Shown here one piece after another: positions 10,921 to 24,602 of a stretch of DNA of 64,000 bases. The stretch covers positions 2,619,078-2,683,077 of the forward strand of contig NC_068992.1 of NCBI RefSeq assembly GCF_001194135.2. Reading direction: 5' to 3'. Each line of letters begins with the position of its first letter. Within the stretch, counting starts at the first letter, position 1. This stretch comes from Octopus bimaculoides (Eukaryota). The position numbers and the translations under genes are program-made. Under the pieces are notes generated by a model, which worked only from the letters and a program-made list of their open reading frames with translations, made no database searches and had not been told where the DNA came from.

Positions 10921-11419
10921 TTAATAATAATAATAACTGAAGAAGGTTTACGTAATGGAACCATTTCCTATTATATATCACGCACACCTGAAACACATGT
11001 ATTAAATTATTTCAAAAGTCACTATTTTGGTTTGACTTTATTTTTACAACTAATACAACTCAATGCCAGTACAAACTAATCAGTCTTGACTCTACTTATG
11101 GTGATACTCAAACAACAATTTGAAGTAGTTTGTTATATATGACTCGAGTCGAAAATTTTGGTATTGGGCACCACTTCTTAGCATATCACAAAATATATAT
11201 TTATATGTGATATATATATATATTTATATATGTGTGTATTTTTATATAAAATATATATTAGCGTGTAATATATTTTATACTTATTTTTAGACATTTCTTC
11301 TTCTGGTTCATCAGATACATTGACTGCAAAAGATTGCTGCATATATTCTTAACTCTATGCCAAATAATAATAATAATAACTGGTTCTGTTTTCTTATTAT
11401 ATTATTTCATTTAATGTCA

Positions 11420-12300
11420 GGAAGTTTTAAATTCCGAACATTACACCAATGAATGCTACTGTAAAACATTCACTAATCCAGCAATGGATTACCTCCTGTG
11501 CACCGTTACTTCATTTGCCAACCTCTACAGTGTCTCAAGTGGTTTGTATGAATGTAAAAGATGCCGAGATATGCATATTTTGGTAGAGTGTGCTTTGAAG
11601 AAGTGTGCATGTTTTGTTAATGCAAACAGTTGGGAGAATACTGGAATTTTTGTGCTATCTCATCTAGCACAGCTTTTGCCAATAATTTTCAATCTACTTA
11701 TTGCATAACTGCTCTTAAATTAAAATTGATTTATATGCTGCAGATAAATGCGCTCTAAATAGCAGCAGTGGCAACAGATTTTGAGATTACATGGCGGCAA
11801 CAGAACTGTTTACCATTCCTGACATGCGTGTATTTGACTCTGAGTTGCAATATTAATCTTCATTACTACCATATAAATTATGGTAGCACCAAATATGTTG
11901 TATACATCAAACATAAACCATGTTGAAATCATAGGGGGGGAATCCGGGGTTTTTTTTTTTTTTTAGTGACAAAGTAAGATATCTATGTTGTAAGAGTTTT
12001 TTATGTAGAATTGTTTGTTGCAGATTCATACTAACATGCCGCCTGGCCTGTAATCAGAACCAATGTCTAGATTCTATAACAAGACAGTTGAAGATACCTG
12101 ATGGAATTTGATCTGATATTGAACGATTTCAGCCTGTTCCAGGACTTACTCTCAACAGTTAAATTACTAGTGTAGACTAACATGTTCTGTGAGAAAATGC
12201 TAGCTGTGCATTTGAAATCACAACCTATGAACTGGCAATCAGATACATTACCACTTGACATCACGAATTACAGTGAGAGCAATTAGGGCTTTAATTAATA
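11420..12300 (-). mobile_element. ancient hAT-like transposase fossil
   Basis: Frameshifted remnants HFLTEHV....E*VLEQ (cf. H..TRWLS....R.LEQ) and IENYWQKL..DSTKIPVFSQLFALTK (hAT C-terminal dimerisation-like region). Confidence 0.45.
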
Positions 12301-13308
12301 CATTTAAGGTGTGTCTTTGAATCACTTCAAAACTGTTGTTATATTTGACCTTTTTATTTTCATGTAGAAATATCTCTTTTATGTTTTCCTTCTATTTTGA
12401 TAATTTTCCATTTCATATGGCATTTTGGTGGAATTTCTTACCATTTTTAAATTGAGGATATTTTTGGACTCTAAAACTCACTCGCTCCATAATTCTCAAT
12501 TTTTCTTTATTCTGTCCAACTGTGTTCAATAGTTTAGATATCTCATAAGCCATTAAAGACCATAGAAATCTTTATCAAGTTGAATCATGGGATGTGGTGG
12601 GGAAAGAGAATTTGAGTTTAACAATGTAACGTAATGAAATTGTCATTAATCATTCTGAATTCCAATGGCTAACAGGAGTGAGTGCTATCTCTCCTAACTG
12701 AACTAGGCTATAAAGAATTATATATCTTTTACAATGCCATGTTGACCATGTCATACATAGTATTGACGAAGCAATGTTGAAATGACCAAAATATATAAAA
12801 CCATTTGATTCTTTAAAGGAATCAATTTATTTCATATATATATATTTTTTTTCGTGTGGCACAATTTGCTATTGCATAAATTCTAGTAAAGAAATAAAAC
12901 CCTTAACACATCAATAATTTAATGTTTGGTCTCATGTCCAAGTGTTAAATATGAAAATTGGTCTCTTCTGTTTACTCTGACCTCTTATATAAAGTTGGTT
13001 TATAAGCAATGTGTTTATGGATAGTTAAAGATGGAACACCAGTGTAAATACGACTGTTACCCTCGTTCTAGCAGTGCACATGCACTACAGACGAATTATT
13101 TACAATCGTGGTATTACATAGCATTAGCCACAGCATCTAAACAGATGTTCTCCTGTACATTTGTATAGTGTAGCAATGAAACAAAGCAGTTCTCAGACGC
13201 CAGCCAGAAACTTGTTCCTTCCTGCATACTTTGATATCTCATCACTCAGCATAGAGTCACCTCCCTCTCTGCTGTACTCTCACTCAGTCGAGGGGGATCT
13301 TTCACCAT

Positions 13309-13452
13309 CACCATCATCATTGTTTAACGTCTGTTTTCCATCCTGGCATGGGTTGGATGGTTTGACAGGGGTTGGCTAGGCAAAAGACCATGCCAAGCTT
13401 CACTGTCTGTTTTGGCAAGGCTTTTACAGCTGGATGCAACTCTTCCTAACAC
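13309..13452 (-). mobile_element. RTE-type 3' tail fragment
   Basis: Minus strand GTTAGGAAGAGTTGCATCCAGCTGTAAAA..GTCAAACCATCCAACCCATGCCAGG..GACGTTAAAC(AATG/GATG)n. Confidence 0.75.
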
Positions 13453-13515
13453 TTTTAGTTTTGCAAATTATACGGCAACATCACAAGTTTTCAATGCCAC
13501 AAAAATTAAAAGCAC

Positions 13516-13662
13516 CCAGTACACTTTGTAAAGTGGTTGGAATTAGGAAGGGCATTCAGCCATAGAAGTCATGCCAAAGCAGACATCGGATGGATCACAA
13601 TGCAACTCTCTAACTCAGCATCCAACCAAAAAGGCCAACATAGAAGATGGATGTTAAATGAT
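13516..13662 (+). mobile_element. RTE-type 3' tail fragment
   Basis: GTGGTTGGAATTAGGAAGGGCATTCAGCCATAGAA..GGATGTTAAATGAT. Confidence 0.7.
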
Positions 13663-14120
13663 TAAATTTCATTTTCGTATTTGTTGTAGAAGATTATTTA
13701 AATGAAATATGAGTTGGAGCAGAATTCACGCAAATGTTTAAATTTTCAGTAAGATCATCTTAACAAGCAATTCTGATGAGAAAAACTGAAAGAAAATATT
13801 AAAAAAAAATAAATATATATATATATATACTCTTGCTTCCAGCAGATGTAAGCCAAACTTGGCCATGCCTAACACATAATTGGAATGGAAAGTGAAGACT
13901 TAATTATCACCTTAGACTTATAAAGCAAAGTCAAAAGATTCCCTCTTCAGACATATCGGTAAATGGTTGTATTTGCTTTCTTAAAGTAGCATCCAGTTGG
14001 CAGAATTCAGAAGATTCTTTGCTGCATAAATCAAATTCCTTATGTATTAAGCATTTAGCAAATCAGGTAAAATCGAGAGATATCTATATATATGCATAGA
14101 GAGAGAGAGAGAGATGCATG

Positions 14121-14162
<42 letters not shown>

Positions 14163-14560
14163 TTCGTGTGTGTGTGAAATCCAGCACCAAAAGAGGCCTC
14201 ATGATAGCAAAGGAGAATGGGCACCAAAGTTTGGGATGGGCTGCACCTGCCTACCTCGGTTGCTATGGCATTGAGGTAGATCCCACCATCTCCTGTCAAC
14301 AGGGACAGAACCTGGATTTAAAACTCTGGATGGTGATGATGATGATGATGAGTTTGTTCTAGAACTATCCAGGGAATTACTATCATCACTGGTATGCAAA
14401 TTCACAATCCCATGATTTTTAACTAGTTTGATAAGTGTCAATGCACGAAACTCTCAGCTCTTAAGTCACTTTGTTACTTCTACAAAATATTAATAAAAAG
14501 CAATAGGTATATATTTTGATTTCTATTTTTCCTGTTTGCATCACCAATCACAGACACACA

Positions 14561-14606
<46 letters not shown>

Positions 14607-15119
14607 NNNNNNNNNNNNNNNNNNNNNNNNNNNNNNNNNNNNNNNNNNNNNNNNNNNNNNNNNNNNNNNNNNNNNNNNNNNNNNNNNNNNNNNNNNNNNN
14701 NNNNNNNNNNNNNNNNNNNNNNNNNNNNNNNNNNNNNNNNNNNNNNNNNNNNNNNNNNNNNNNNNNNNNNNNNNNNNNNNNNNNNNNNNNNNNNNNNNNN
14801 NNNNNNNNNNNNNNNNNNNNNNNNNNNNNNNNNNNNNNNNNNNNNNNNNNNNNNNNNNNNNNNNNNNNNNNNNNNNNNNNNNNNNNNNNNNNNNNNNNNN
14901 NNNNNNNNNNNNNNNNNNNNNNNNNNNNNNNNNNNNNNNNNNNNNNNNNNNNNNNNNNNNNNNNNNNNNNNNNNNNNNNNNNNNNNNNNNNNNNNNNNNN
15001 NNNNNNNNNNNNNNNNNNNNNNNNNATATATAATATAAAATAAAATAAAATAAAAATGAAATATTGAGTGTTCAATATAAAGGATCAAATATATAAATAT
15101 AAAAATATAAATATATAAA

Positions 15120-15160
15120 GGCGACTCAAGTTTCAGGGCTATTTCCCTTCGTCATGGCCG
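15120..15160 (-). ncRNA. candidate variant minimal hammerhead ribozyme (family H3)
   Basis: Minus strand GGC-CATGACGA-AGGG-AAATAG-CCCT-GAAACT-TG-AGTC/GCC. Stems I, II and III all pair; there is one extra A in the core. Confidence 0.5.
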
Positions 15161-15185
15161 GTATGACAGACTTTAACAGACTGTG

Positions 15186-15223
<38 letters not shown>

Positions 15224-16842
15224 GATATGAGGAGATTATGTCAGGATGTCTAAAACAAACAGACATGCATTCTGAGTAGGTGTGTCACCAAAATTCCAGT
15301 TCAAACAGTAGTTGAAGTTGTGGTTATGTGATTGCTTTGTTCAAGAATGCTAGAAGTGGCTTCCCTTTGAGTCGATAGGTACAGGTTAAAGTTGTGAGGA
15401 AAGGCAAACAATTAAGCAATTCTTGCCTAATTGTTTACCTTTCCTCACTACTTTAACTTATATATATATATATGCCCATACATAAATACATACACATATT
15501 TATATATGTATTTGTATATATGCACATATGCATAAATATTTGCATAATTTCTTCAAAGGAACTCATAGCTACAACTGTGTTTGTTTTACCAACATTTTTT
15601 TCATTTATTTGGTGCTCATTCTGGTTCTTGGTCAATAGCAAATTATTATTGTTGTTGTTATAGAAAATTACACAGAATTTACAAAAAAAGAAAAAGACGT
15701 AACACAATGAAATAAAATGAATGATTGAAGATGCAGCGTAATGTGTATTGTATCACTGGGTATGGGCTGGGTTTTGAAATGCGTGTAGTTGAGGGAGAGA
15801 TGATGTATGGAAGCCGATTTATGGTTCATTAATCAAAGCAAAGTCTGTTAATATGGAAGAAACTGACAACTATGATGTTGAGGTTTAGCATAGCAAATTG
15901 TTTATGGATAGGTCTGAAAATATAGTTTGATGGATTCCATCTTCTAAACCCTATGTATGTTCTAGGTGTGTGCTAAGATTGAATACTAATTCCTCTGTTG
16001 CCTCGTTACTGTCAGGCCTGATTTTTACAGATTACCACCAGCTTTTTATTGTCAACAATGTTCCACAAACTAACTTGCTTGATGGAGAAATATTTTTCAA
16101 TTTCTATTTTTTTCTTTTTAAAATTTTCGTTTTGTGTATATTTTCTGAATACCTAAGTGATTTTTTTATGAAGAGAAAACGAATACAATTTTAAAAGTAC
16201 ATGTGTAGTGATGTTATAGCTATTTTTAATCATCATCATCATCATTGTCGAAGTAAACTAAGCATTAATGTAAAAATTATCCTCCTTGATACAGACATTT
16301 GTCTATAACAGATTTTATTTACTTGTCTCTGTGATTCAGGAAATCCCTTGTATAATTATGTATACTTAAATCTGGATGCTCATTGTTCCCCAGGATAACT
16401 GTAACTTGTCTGACTCCTCTACATCTCTTCATTGTAACCATTATCAAGACTCAAACATTGAAAGAGAATCTCAAAGATCAACACACGCATTCTGTACTTC
16501 CATCCATGGTGTTTGCTGATTATGCTAAATGCCAAACCAAACTACAAGAACAGCCAGTTGCTATTCACAATTTGATTCAGTAATTATTAGTAGCTGATTT
16601 TTAAATGTCCTTACTATGATAGTGGGGGGAGGAGGTGTTGTCTAAATATGAAGTGGTCACCAGTTTAGAAGACGAATGAATGTTACCTCGTTAACAATAA
16701 GGTGAAACAGAAAGTTGGAAAAATAGATAAGAGAAGTTATTGTTTTCTATTTATGATATGTTTATAGCTAAAAGCTGTGTTGAACATGTTTTTTATGACG
16801 ACAGAATGTTCTACCCATACAGTGGTTTGGTTGGACAGATTT

Positions 16843-16886
<44 letters not shown>

Positions 16887-16939
16887 CTTTCTTTCTTGGC
16901 CTGATGGCAAGAAATTAGCAGATTTGATATAGCATCATA

Positions 16940-17270
16940 GAAAATATCTCCCTGATGAAGTCCTTTGTAAGTGATCTGAGACTGGTTAAACCAATGTAGT
17001 TGATGGTCTGTCTGAATTTGTAAAATTCAACACTGGTAAAAGTAGACAGGGAGGGAAACATCAAAGGTTTGGAAACATCACTGGGAAACGTTTTTAAGAT
17101 GAGATCTGAAGAGAAAAGATACAGGAAGGACTATGATAGGAAGAGAGAGTAGAAGTCTCAAGAAAGTTTGGGTAAAAGTAGTCTAATCTCAAGTCAGTTC
17201 TAAGTGAGCTGAGCCAAGATCAAGCGTGTTGCAATCACATTCATCACATCTTTTCTTTATATGCCAGAAA
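16940..17270 (-). mobile_element. possible CR1/L2-clade LINE 3' fragment, very degraded
   Basis: Minus strand PSLSTFTSVEFYKFRQTINYIGLTSL resembles L2/CR1 C-termini. Weak. Confidence 0.35.
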
Positions 17271-17763
17271 CCAAGGACCAGCATTATCTAATGGTTTTTC
17301 TTTTTCTTTAAGACAGTGTGGTGTGATATGAGGGAGATTTGGCTGCTTGTTCTAGCAGGTCAAGTGTGCACATAGGAATATTTCTACTGGCTCATCCTCT
17401 TAAGCAACAGAATAATGCTGTCTTACATGTGCCACATTTTAAAAAATAATAAGTTAGCCCTATTTAGAATGCTTCTAATTGTAAGCCGACTGGATCAGAA
17501 CTGACCTGGGGTTAAACAACAGCAAACCCCTAACCCCACCCACCCAGGGCTAATGACCAAACAAACTCTAAGTAAGAGACTGATAATAATTATTTAATAA
17601 TTATTCTGAAACATTATCTGTTTTTCCTGCTCTCGTCACAGCTGCAATAACTTCATTCTTCACTTCTTGCTGTATTTGTAGCAATGTGACTCTTTTACAT
17701 TTCTGTTAGTTTCAGTCCTTTAGCTCTAGCCATGCTGGAGCACCATTACATTTTCTATGTTTC

Positions 17764-17808
<45 letters not shown>

Positions 17809-18786
17809 CATTATTTATTTGTTTGTTTAATGATATTTTAATATTTGAGAAACAATCTTTTTTTAAAACATAAAACTAAAATGTAAAAATAAAAGAAGAA
17901 AAGTTTCACAGAATATTAAGGAAAACAACAGCAACATCATCAAGAACAACAACAACACTGTTGTCATACAATAGAAAATATCGATAGGCTTTGATGGTTG
18001 TTTTTCTCTCTTGTTTTCAATGTTTCCTCTGTTCAAATCTCATTTGATCTTAAATAAAGCTAACAAAAACACAACAAACACTGCACATTTATTAATATGA
18101 CAAGTTTTTCTTTTCTTTTTTTTTGGTGTTTATCAACTTATGTGGACAGAGTGTTTAGTTATGGAAGAATCAACCAATCACTTCTGATGTTTTACATTGA
18201 TGCTGGCTGTTGTTGTTTTTCTTTCACACTGATTGTCCAACATCAATTAGCTTGTTATTAATATGCTATTTATTTGCAATGAACATACGCTAAATTAAAC
18301 CATTATCAAAACTGATTTGTGTGCGTTTATGGATTGCGTGCCCGTGTCTGTGTGTGTATATGTGCGTGTGTGCATGTGTATGTGTATATATGTGTATGTA
18401 TATCTCTGTATATGAGTCTGTGTGTTTCTCTGTGGACATGTGTAGTATTACAGTGTAGGTGATAATTTTGGTGTAGAGCAACTCTGCAGGTAGTGGGTTC
18501 AATTCAGAGGGGTACTTTAATTCTACTTTCACTGTTAACAACTTAACTACTAGCTTTGAAAACAGTTTCACCATTACAACTTCCATTTATATATGCATGT
18601 CTAAATGTTTGTGTGTGCATGAGCATTAGGCTGGGAAATGCAAGTGAACCCAAAGGACAAACTTGTCTTCCCAGAATAGATAGCAGTAGCATCACTCCAA
18701 CCAGGCAAACTGACACCAATTAATTCCATCTTAAATGATACCGAATTACAGATGGGTGTCCTGAGCTATTGAGTGCTGTGTGCCTT

Positions 18787-18927
18787 TACATTATTTACAT
18801 TTGGAAGTTATTTGTCCTCATCTTGTCTGCTGTTAACACAACATTTCGGCTGATATACTCTTCAGCCTTCATCAGGTGTCTTGAAAAAATTTTGAACCTG
18901 AGTTCTCGTTCCTAAGGTATTTTTTCA

Positions 18928-18962
<35 letters not shown>

Positions 18963-19059
18963 TCACTGCCTGGAATCGAACTCGGAATCTTGGGGTTAGT
19001 AGTCCATGCTCTTAGCCACTACACCATATGTACATAATTCCTCATCTCTTAAATACAGA
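18787..19059 (-). mobile_element. PLE unit (tRNA module, (AAT)n, hammerhead) with a short inverted terminal copy at 19028-19059
   Basis: Colinear with 4120-4409. Followed on plus strand by TACATAATTCCTCATCTCTTAAATACAGA, the element's own 3' terminus in opposite orientation. Confidence 0.88.
18835..18880 (-). ncRNA. minimal type I hammerhead ribozyme, near intact
   Basis: GACAC CTGATGA A GGCTG AAGAGTATAT CAGCC GAAAT GTT GTGTT. All invariant core bases are present, with a U-G wobble in stem III. Confidence 0.75.
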
Positions 19060-19898
19060 GTGTCTTTGTCTGGGATTTGTCAATGGAGCTGAAACCTTTG
19101 ATACTTCAACTCATAGACCATTACTTTGCAAGTGTCTTCAGCTATGAGCCTCCATGAAGTATCATTAGTCCATGTTTGCTACTTGTTTTAAATTCTTGTT
19201 GTTTGTAAACTAAGGAAACAACTGGAGAAAGTTTATATCATTGATCTTAAATTTCAATCACAGGCGATAAAGTAGACACAGCTGGACTTACCTTCACACC
19301 CTAACATCACAAACGTCTTTCAGCTAATTTCCTAGATTTTAATTCACAGATTGATTGTATAATACAACTGCTAATACCCAATTCATCACTGTCTTTGTCT
19401 CATTCCTCTATATTTAATTTAATTCTCTTACTGTATTCGACTCCATCAATATCTCTTAACATTTCATATTTTCTTTGCAACTCATATTTTTCTTTATCAT
19501 CCCTTAAACAAAAAAGCGTTTAAAAACTCCATCGAAAAATTAATTTTAAATTCTTTTTACATATTCCAAAATTAATGGCAATAAATAAAATTTAATAAAC
19601 AAACCATTCACTTTTTTTCTTTTGAATTTAGATTTCCTTAGCTCTTAAAAGTTCATCAGGCTGACACTGTGGAACAATTCATTTCTGATAGGGAATTAAC
19701 TTGTTTGTTCTTTTTTTGTTTGTTTTCTGTTTTTTGTATGTCACAGATTATCAGAAAGGTACATTAATGTTACAAAGTGGTGAATAGAAATTAAATGAAA
19801 AATCATTTCCATAAACAAAGAGAAAAGAACCAACAATTTTTAATAATTTAATCACCATTTTCTTCAATTTCATTTTTCTCATTTTTTAAAACATTTTA

Positions 19899-19956
<58 letters not shown>

Positions 19957-21099
19957 CATCGACTTCATCAATATTATTAAGCATCAGTCACTCGGAGCTA
20001 TGGCATGACAAGATAACTCATACATCTAAAAGTGTTTTTTTAGAAAATAAAAATTTTGTAAAAAAGTGTAAATATCAATGAATAACAACAAAAGTTGCAT
20101 GAGAAGCCATTATCCAAAGTTGTCTTTGAGAAGAACTATTTAATTTCATTTGAGAAGGCAGCCTAATGATAATTTCCATGCTATTTTCCAGTTTAAAACA
20201 TACTTGCAACACCTAAAAATGTCGTAATACTATAAAGAACTTCCTCTATTATTGTGTTCATAAAAATTGAACACTTCCTCTATGTTTTGGCATTTCCATC
20301 ACCTCTATTTGCTGGGCGGTTCTCTCCGATGCTCTTATCATAATGTTTATGATTACTTCTACAAAGTATTTCATTTCAGATCAGTAAGTTTTATTAGATA
20401 TTACTGCTCATACAACATAGCTAATAATCAAAAAATTACTTGCCTCTCTTTCTATCCAGTTTGTTCGTTTCATTTATTGCTTGGAAATCCAATTTGATAT
20501 TTGAGAAGTTAGTGAAAATAGGAAGTCCAAATTAAGAATAACAACAAAAAAAAAATGATGTTTTTTTTGTTTTGTTTTTTCGTTTTTGTTTTTTTTGCCT
20601 TGATATCAGAAATTTTGCTTTTTAGTAAATTACTCAGCAATCTATAATCAAATATAAAACTGAAATCCATTCTATGAAAAATGAAATGCAATAGGAATTT
20701 GGGTTGTATGTGGAAGAAACTCAAACCAATTGCAATGGAAATACATACACACAGACACACACAGAGACAGACACACCCGCACGCACACACACAAACATAT
20801 TTACATTGTAATAAAATTTATTTCAATAATCTATATCTATAATATTAATAGTGTACACAAACACTGACAGCTCCTTGATAAACAATCTCCCTTCTGCTAG
20901 CAACTAATAACAGTCTTCTCCAGAGCTTTCTCTTTTCATAGGGATCTAACCTATCCTTGTCCACAAAAAACATATTTTAATTTATCCAATTTATGAAACT
21001 AAGAATATTCTCTGACCTACCAACCATCAACCCTACCCCAAACATCCCAAAGACAATGGAAAGAACCATAAGCAAGAACTTCTATCAATTTAGGTTTCT

Positions 21100-21990
21100 T
21101 CCTCTTCTTATTGACACCAGAAAAGCTTCCAAAAGGCCATAACTGTTGAAGATTTATTCTTCTCCAGCACACATGAATAATTTCTTGCCTAAAGAACATT
21201 GGTAAAATGCTGCTTCTTAGGACCCTATTAGCTATGAAACCCTTCTAGCTAAGTTGCTCACCTATGAGTTTCTCTACATCTCAATAGTAGGATTGGACTA
21301 TTCTCTCAGACGAATCTACTTCGATATACACATTCTAATATTCTTTTATCTCTTTTAGACCATTTTCTGCATATTAATGGCAAAACTTGTAATTTCCAGC
21401 AACACTAATCAATGATATTTAGAAGATATCACTTTTAAGGACCCCTTTATTATGTGCATACACACTTGTTCTACAGTGAGCTGCTTTCATGAACAGAGAC
21501 TTTGAAAGAAATCGTCCCCTTTACCACAGAATATAATAACTTATTCTTACACAAGTGTAACACATATCAACAAATGCTGCTCTACATCTTTGTTTCACAT
21601 GCTTAGTATTCAATTAAACCTCCAATTTCCCTGCAAATACTAATCTCTTTTATGACATGTTATGCTTGTCTTGCATCTAAAATTACATCTCAGACAACAG
21701 AAATCGTTTTAAGGCCCATAAAATAACTCAGCTCTGATTTGTTGTAGAATCTCCGCAAGCAAGACTCACATTTGAGTTCTGCTTCCATATCTGGGTTGCT
21801 ACTACTGAAATGCACAGACATTCTAGTCTACATCAAAAAACAAACCATCCAAATGATTGGTAAAGATTTGCTCAACAACAAGCTGAAATCAATAGCTCAC
21901 AAATGCTACCCTCTTTATTCTGTCTTCCCTTCCTGCTGAGACTACAACTACCTCTGCTTCTATGAGTGAGGTGCACCCATTCCAAACCAC
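21100..21990 (+). mobile_element. degraded CR1/L2-clade LINE RT region
   Basis: Remnants YETLLAKLLTYEF, QARLTFEFCFHIWVA (cf. IRP.LEYCSHIWG.A) and IKKQTIQMIGKDLLNNKLKSIAHK. Confidence 0.55.
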
Positions 21991-24602
21991 TTCCCCTAAT
22001 CTTATCGTCCATTATTTGTTTCCAATTCATGTTGACTCCTCAGATAGGTCTAAAGGTCGAATTCAACTGCTACAGTCTCACTTGTGTGTGTGTGTGTGTG
22101 TGTGGTGAGAGAGTTTAGGAATGTCAAAGATGATTTCCTTCATCTCCTTCCTTTTAACAAACCAAATGTTCTTTCTTGGAAGGTGCTATGGTGTTATGTT
22201 AGCCTGAGGTGTTGCTGCTCGCTAGAAGTGTCATAAGATTTTCTTTGCACACCTCTCTCTCGTATTCAAATTTTGAAAGGCAATCTCTGGCTGAACATAA
22301 TTTGTTATAAAGTTTTCTCCTAAACTGAAATCAATTGCTGCATAGCTCAGAACAAAGTAAAAATGAAAAAAAAAAAGAAAAAAAAGTCATAGACTTAGAG
22401 AACTTTTTAGTCTAAGCTTCCTTATTTCTTTGACTATATTCATATCAATCTTTTTGTCAATTTTTTTATTCCTTTCAATATTTTATGTTGAACTTAGAAG
22501 TGAACCAATTCCTACACATACAAACACATATACAAATACACAGAACATACATTACAATATTGTAAGGTAGGTACTAACTCTACAATTACAACAAATGTGG
22601 TTCACAATTTGGTTTTTTGTCAAAATTCTCAGTATTTTATTTCGGTTACACAAAACCTTAGAAAAAATTTTTTAATTAAAAAAAAATAGAAAACCTTTAT
22701 GTTTTCCACTTTGCCTACTCTTGAAGTCAATTAAGATAACTTGTAATTAACATTTGTGAAAATAATTAGCCAACCAGAAAATACTCATTTGTTGGTCAAA
22801 GGCTTATCAGTTTTCAATACAGAATCAACTCAAGTCCTTTCACTTCCTTGTTTTTGATTCCATTGAGTGTAATTATACAAACATCCCCCTAAGATAAATA
22901 AGTCAATTTATATCACCTCTTTATATCATTCTTCCTTACAAACTATGCCTTCTGAATTCCCCCCCCCACACACACACACACACACAACCAAAAATTTTAT
23001 TTTATGTGTGTATATTTGATCTGATACAAAAAGCAATGCTTTTAAGATAAAACTTTTCTTATACACTGCAAACCAAAAATAGAATTCAAAAGAACTTGTC
23101 TCTTTCTTTCTCTGGCTATTTCTATATCTAATGGAACTGTTCTTGTCACAAGACTCCTGAATGTGTCTCTAACTCACTTAACAAAGAATACAAACCATTT
23201 CAATGCATTATTACAAAAGACTTAAATTTTTTAATGGGTCAAATGTTTGTCATCCCCAAATTCTCTACTTAATATTAACATCAACATTAGACAAAATTAT
23301 TTGTTTTGCATTTCAATTCTTTTCTTTTTTTTTCTTAGTTTATTTTCTATTTGTTATTAATTCCTTCTGTTTTCTTTTTATTTTATTCTCTTTTGTTGTT
23401 TTGCTTCTTTTTCAGTCAAGAATTTTCTGACACTTGTTTTAGAAATTTTTCAAACCTTATACCATTGTACACACAATGCCCTTTGCATGCCTGAATGACC
23501 GAACGATAATGTGTTCCTAATTCTAAGATACAACAGTACAAAGTATTGGGATGGTGTTGTTAGTCTCAAAGGGGGATAATTCTTTCAAGCAAGTTATATT
23601 TTTAATACCAGAATGAGCTTACAAAGAAATACAATTTGTTACGATTGATCTTTTGCTTGTGGTCAGTCTGTCAATGCTGGAAAGCCTATACAAATGAAAT
23701 GGTTCTAATGTAGAAGAAAATCTGAAAATTCTAAATGTTATCCACCATTAAAAGAAAATGAATGCAATAGCTGTCATTTTGATATACACATCACACAACA
23801 TTTACTGGCAAACTAAAACCTTATCAAAAACTGAATATGTTTGCTTTAATGAAATAAACTTACTGAAAACACGATATTTCCTTGTATAGCATGGATATTC
23901 TGTAGCCCTGTCGTTAACAGTTACTACGAGGTCATTATGGAATATGTACTGCTTAAATCATCAATTCAATTTTTGCTTTAATTATTATTGACTTAATAAT
24001 GCTTCTTCAATAAGAAAACTTTATGAAGGATACACCTAGCGTATAAAAGTAACGTATTGTTGTAAATTTGCCACAGAGTAACCAGATTAGTCTACTTCCA
24101 ATAGTGTTATTTTTTTATTAATGGTTTTTGGTTGCTATGCTGGCAAAGAATTTATAGTTTATTTATACATAATAACTGCAGCCAATATAACCAAACCTGA
24201 GAGAATTATACAAATTGGTGGTGGTGGTGGTAGTGGGGGTGAAATGGTGTGGGATATTGATGGCAGATTAAATATGAGCAGGTTCCTTCACCTAAAACCA
24301 TTGTGTGTGTGTGTGTGTGTTATGTAAGAGAATTATCTCTATTAAGTCATCTCTCATAAATATTATTATAGTCATGCCACCACTACAGTCTTGTTTTGTT
24401 GGTTTCAGTTTAATTGTTTCTGAAATACATCCACCATAATATGTGAGGTTCTCAAAACTTAACCCCATCTTCCATAACTTTTGTTTCCATCAATTCAATG
24501 AAATGGAGCATTCATCATTTATAGAATAACCCCACTGTTTACAGTCGTGTGTTACACCTCCTCATTGTACTTATTTATTAGTTGGATATTCCAAGTCATT
24601 GT

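Noticed and set aside
11141-11192. Palindrome GACTCGAGTC with an upstream CTAAGA..TGGT/ACCA..AAA on the minus strand as a fourth hammerhead
   Set aside because: Needs several core deletions and an insertion, and stem I is unconvincing. At most a relic.
14480-15088. Long ORFs in the track (also 29035-29743, 43070-43909, 59183-59760, 50796-51106, 52559-52944)
   Set aside because: They are open only because they run through N gaps and dinucleotide repeats.
19250-19340. Minus-strand AAG|GTAAGT donor with a 40-nt candidate exon (also the acceptor at about 31716 and the donor at about 33330)
   Set aside because: All frames are closed or unrecognisable, and isolated splice-like motifs are expected by chance at this length.
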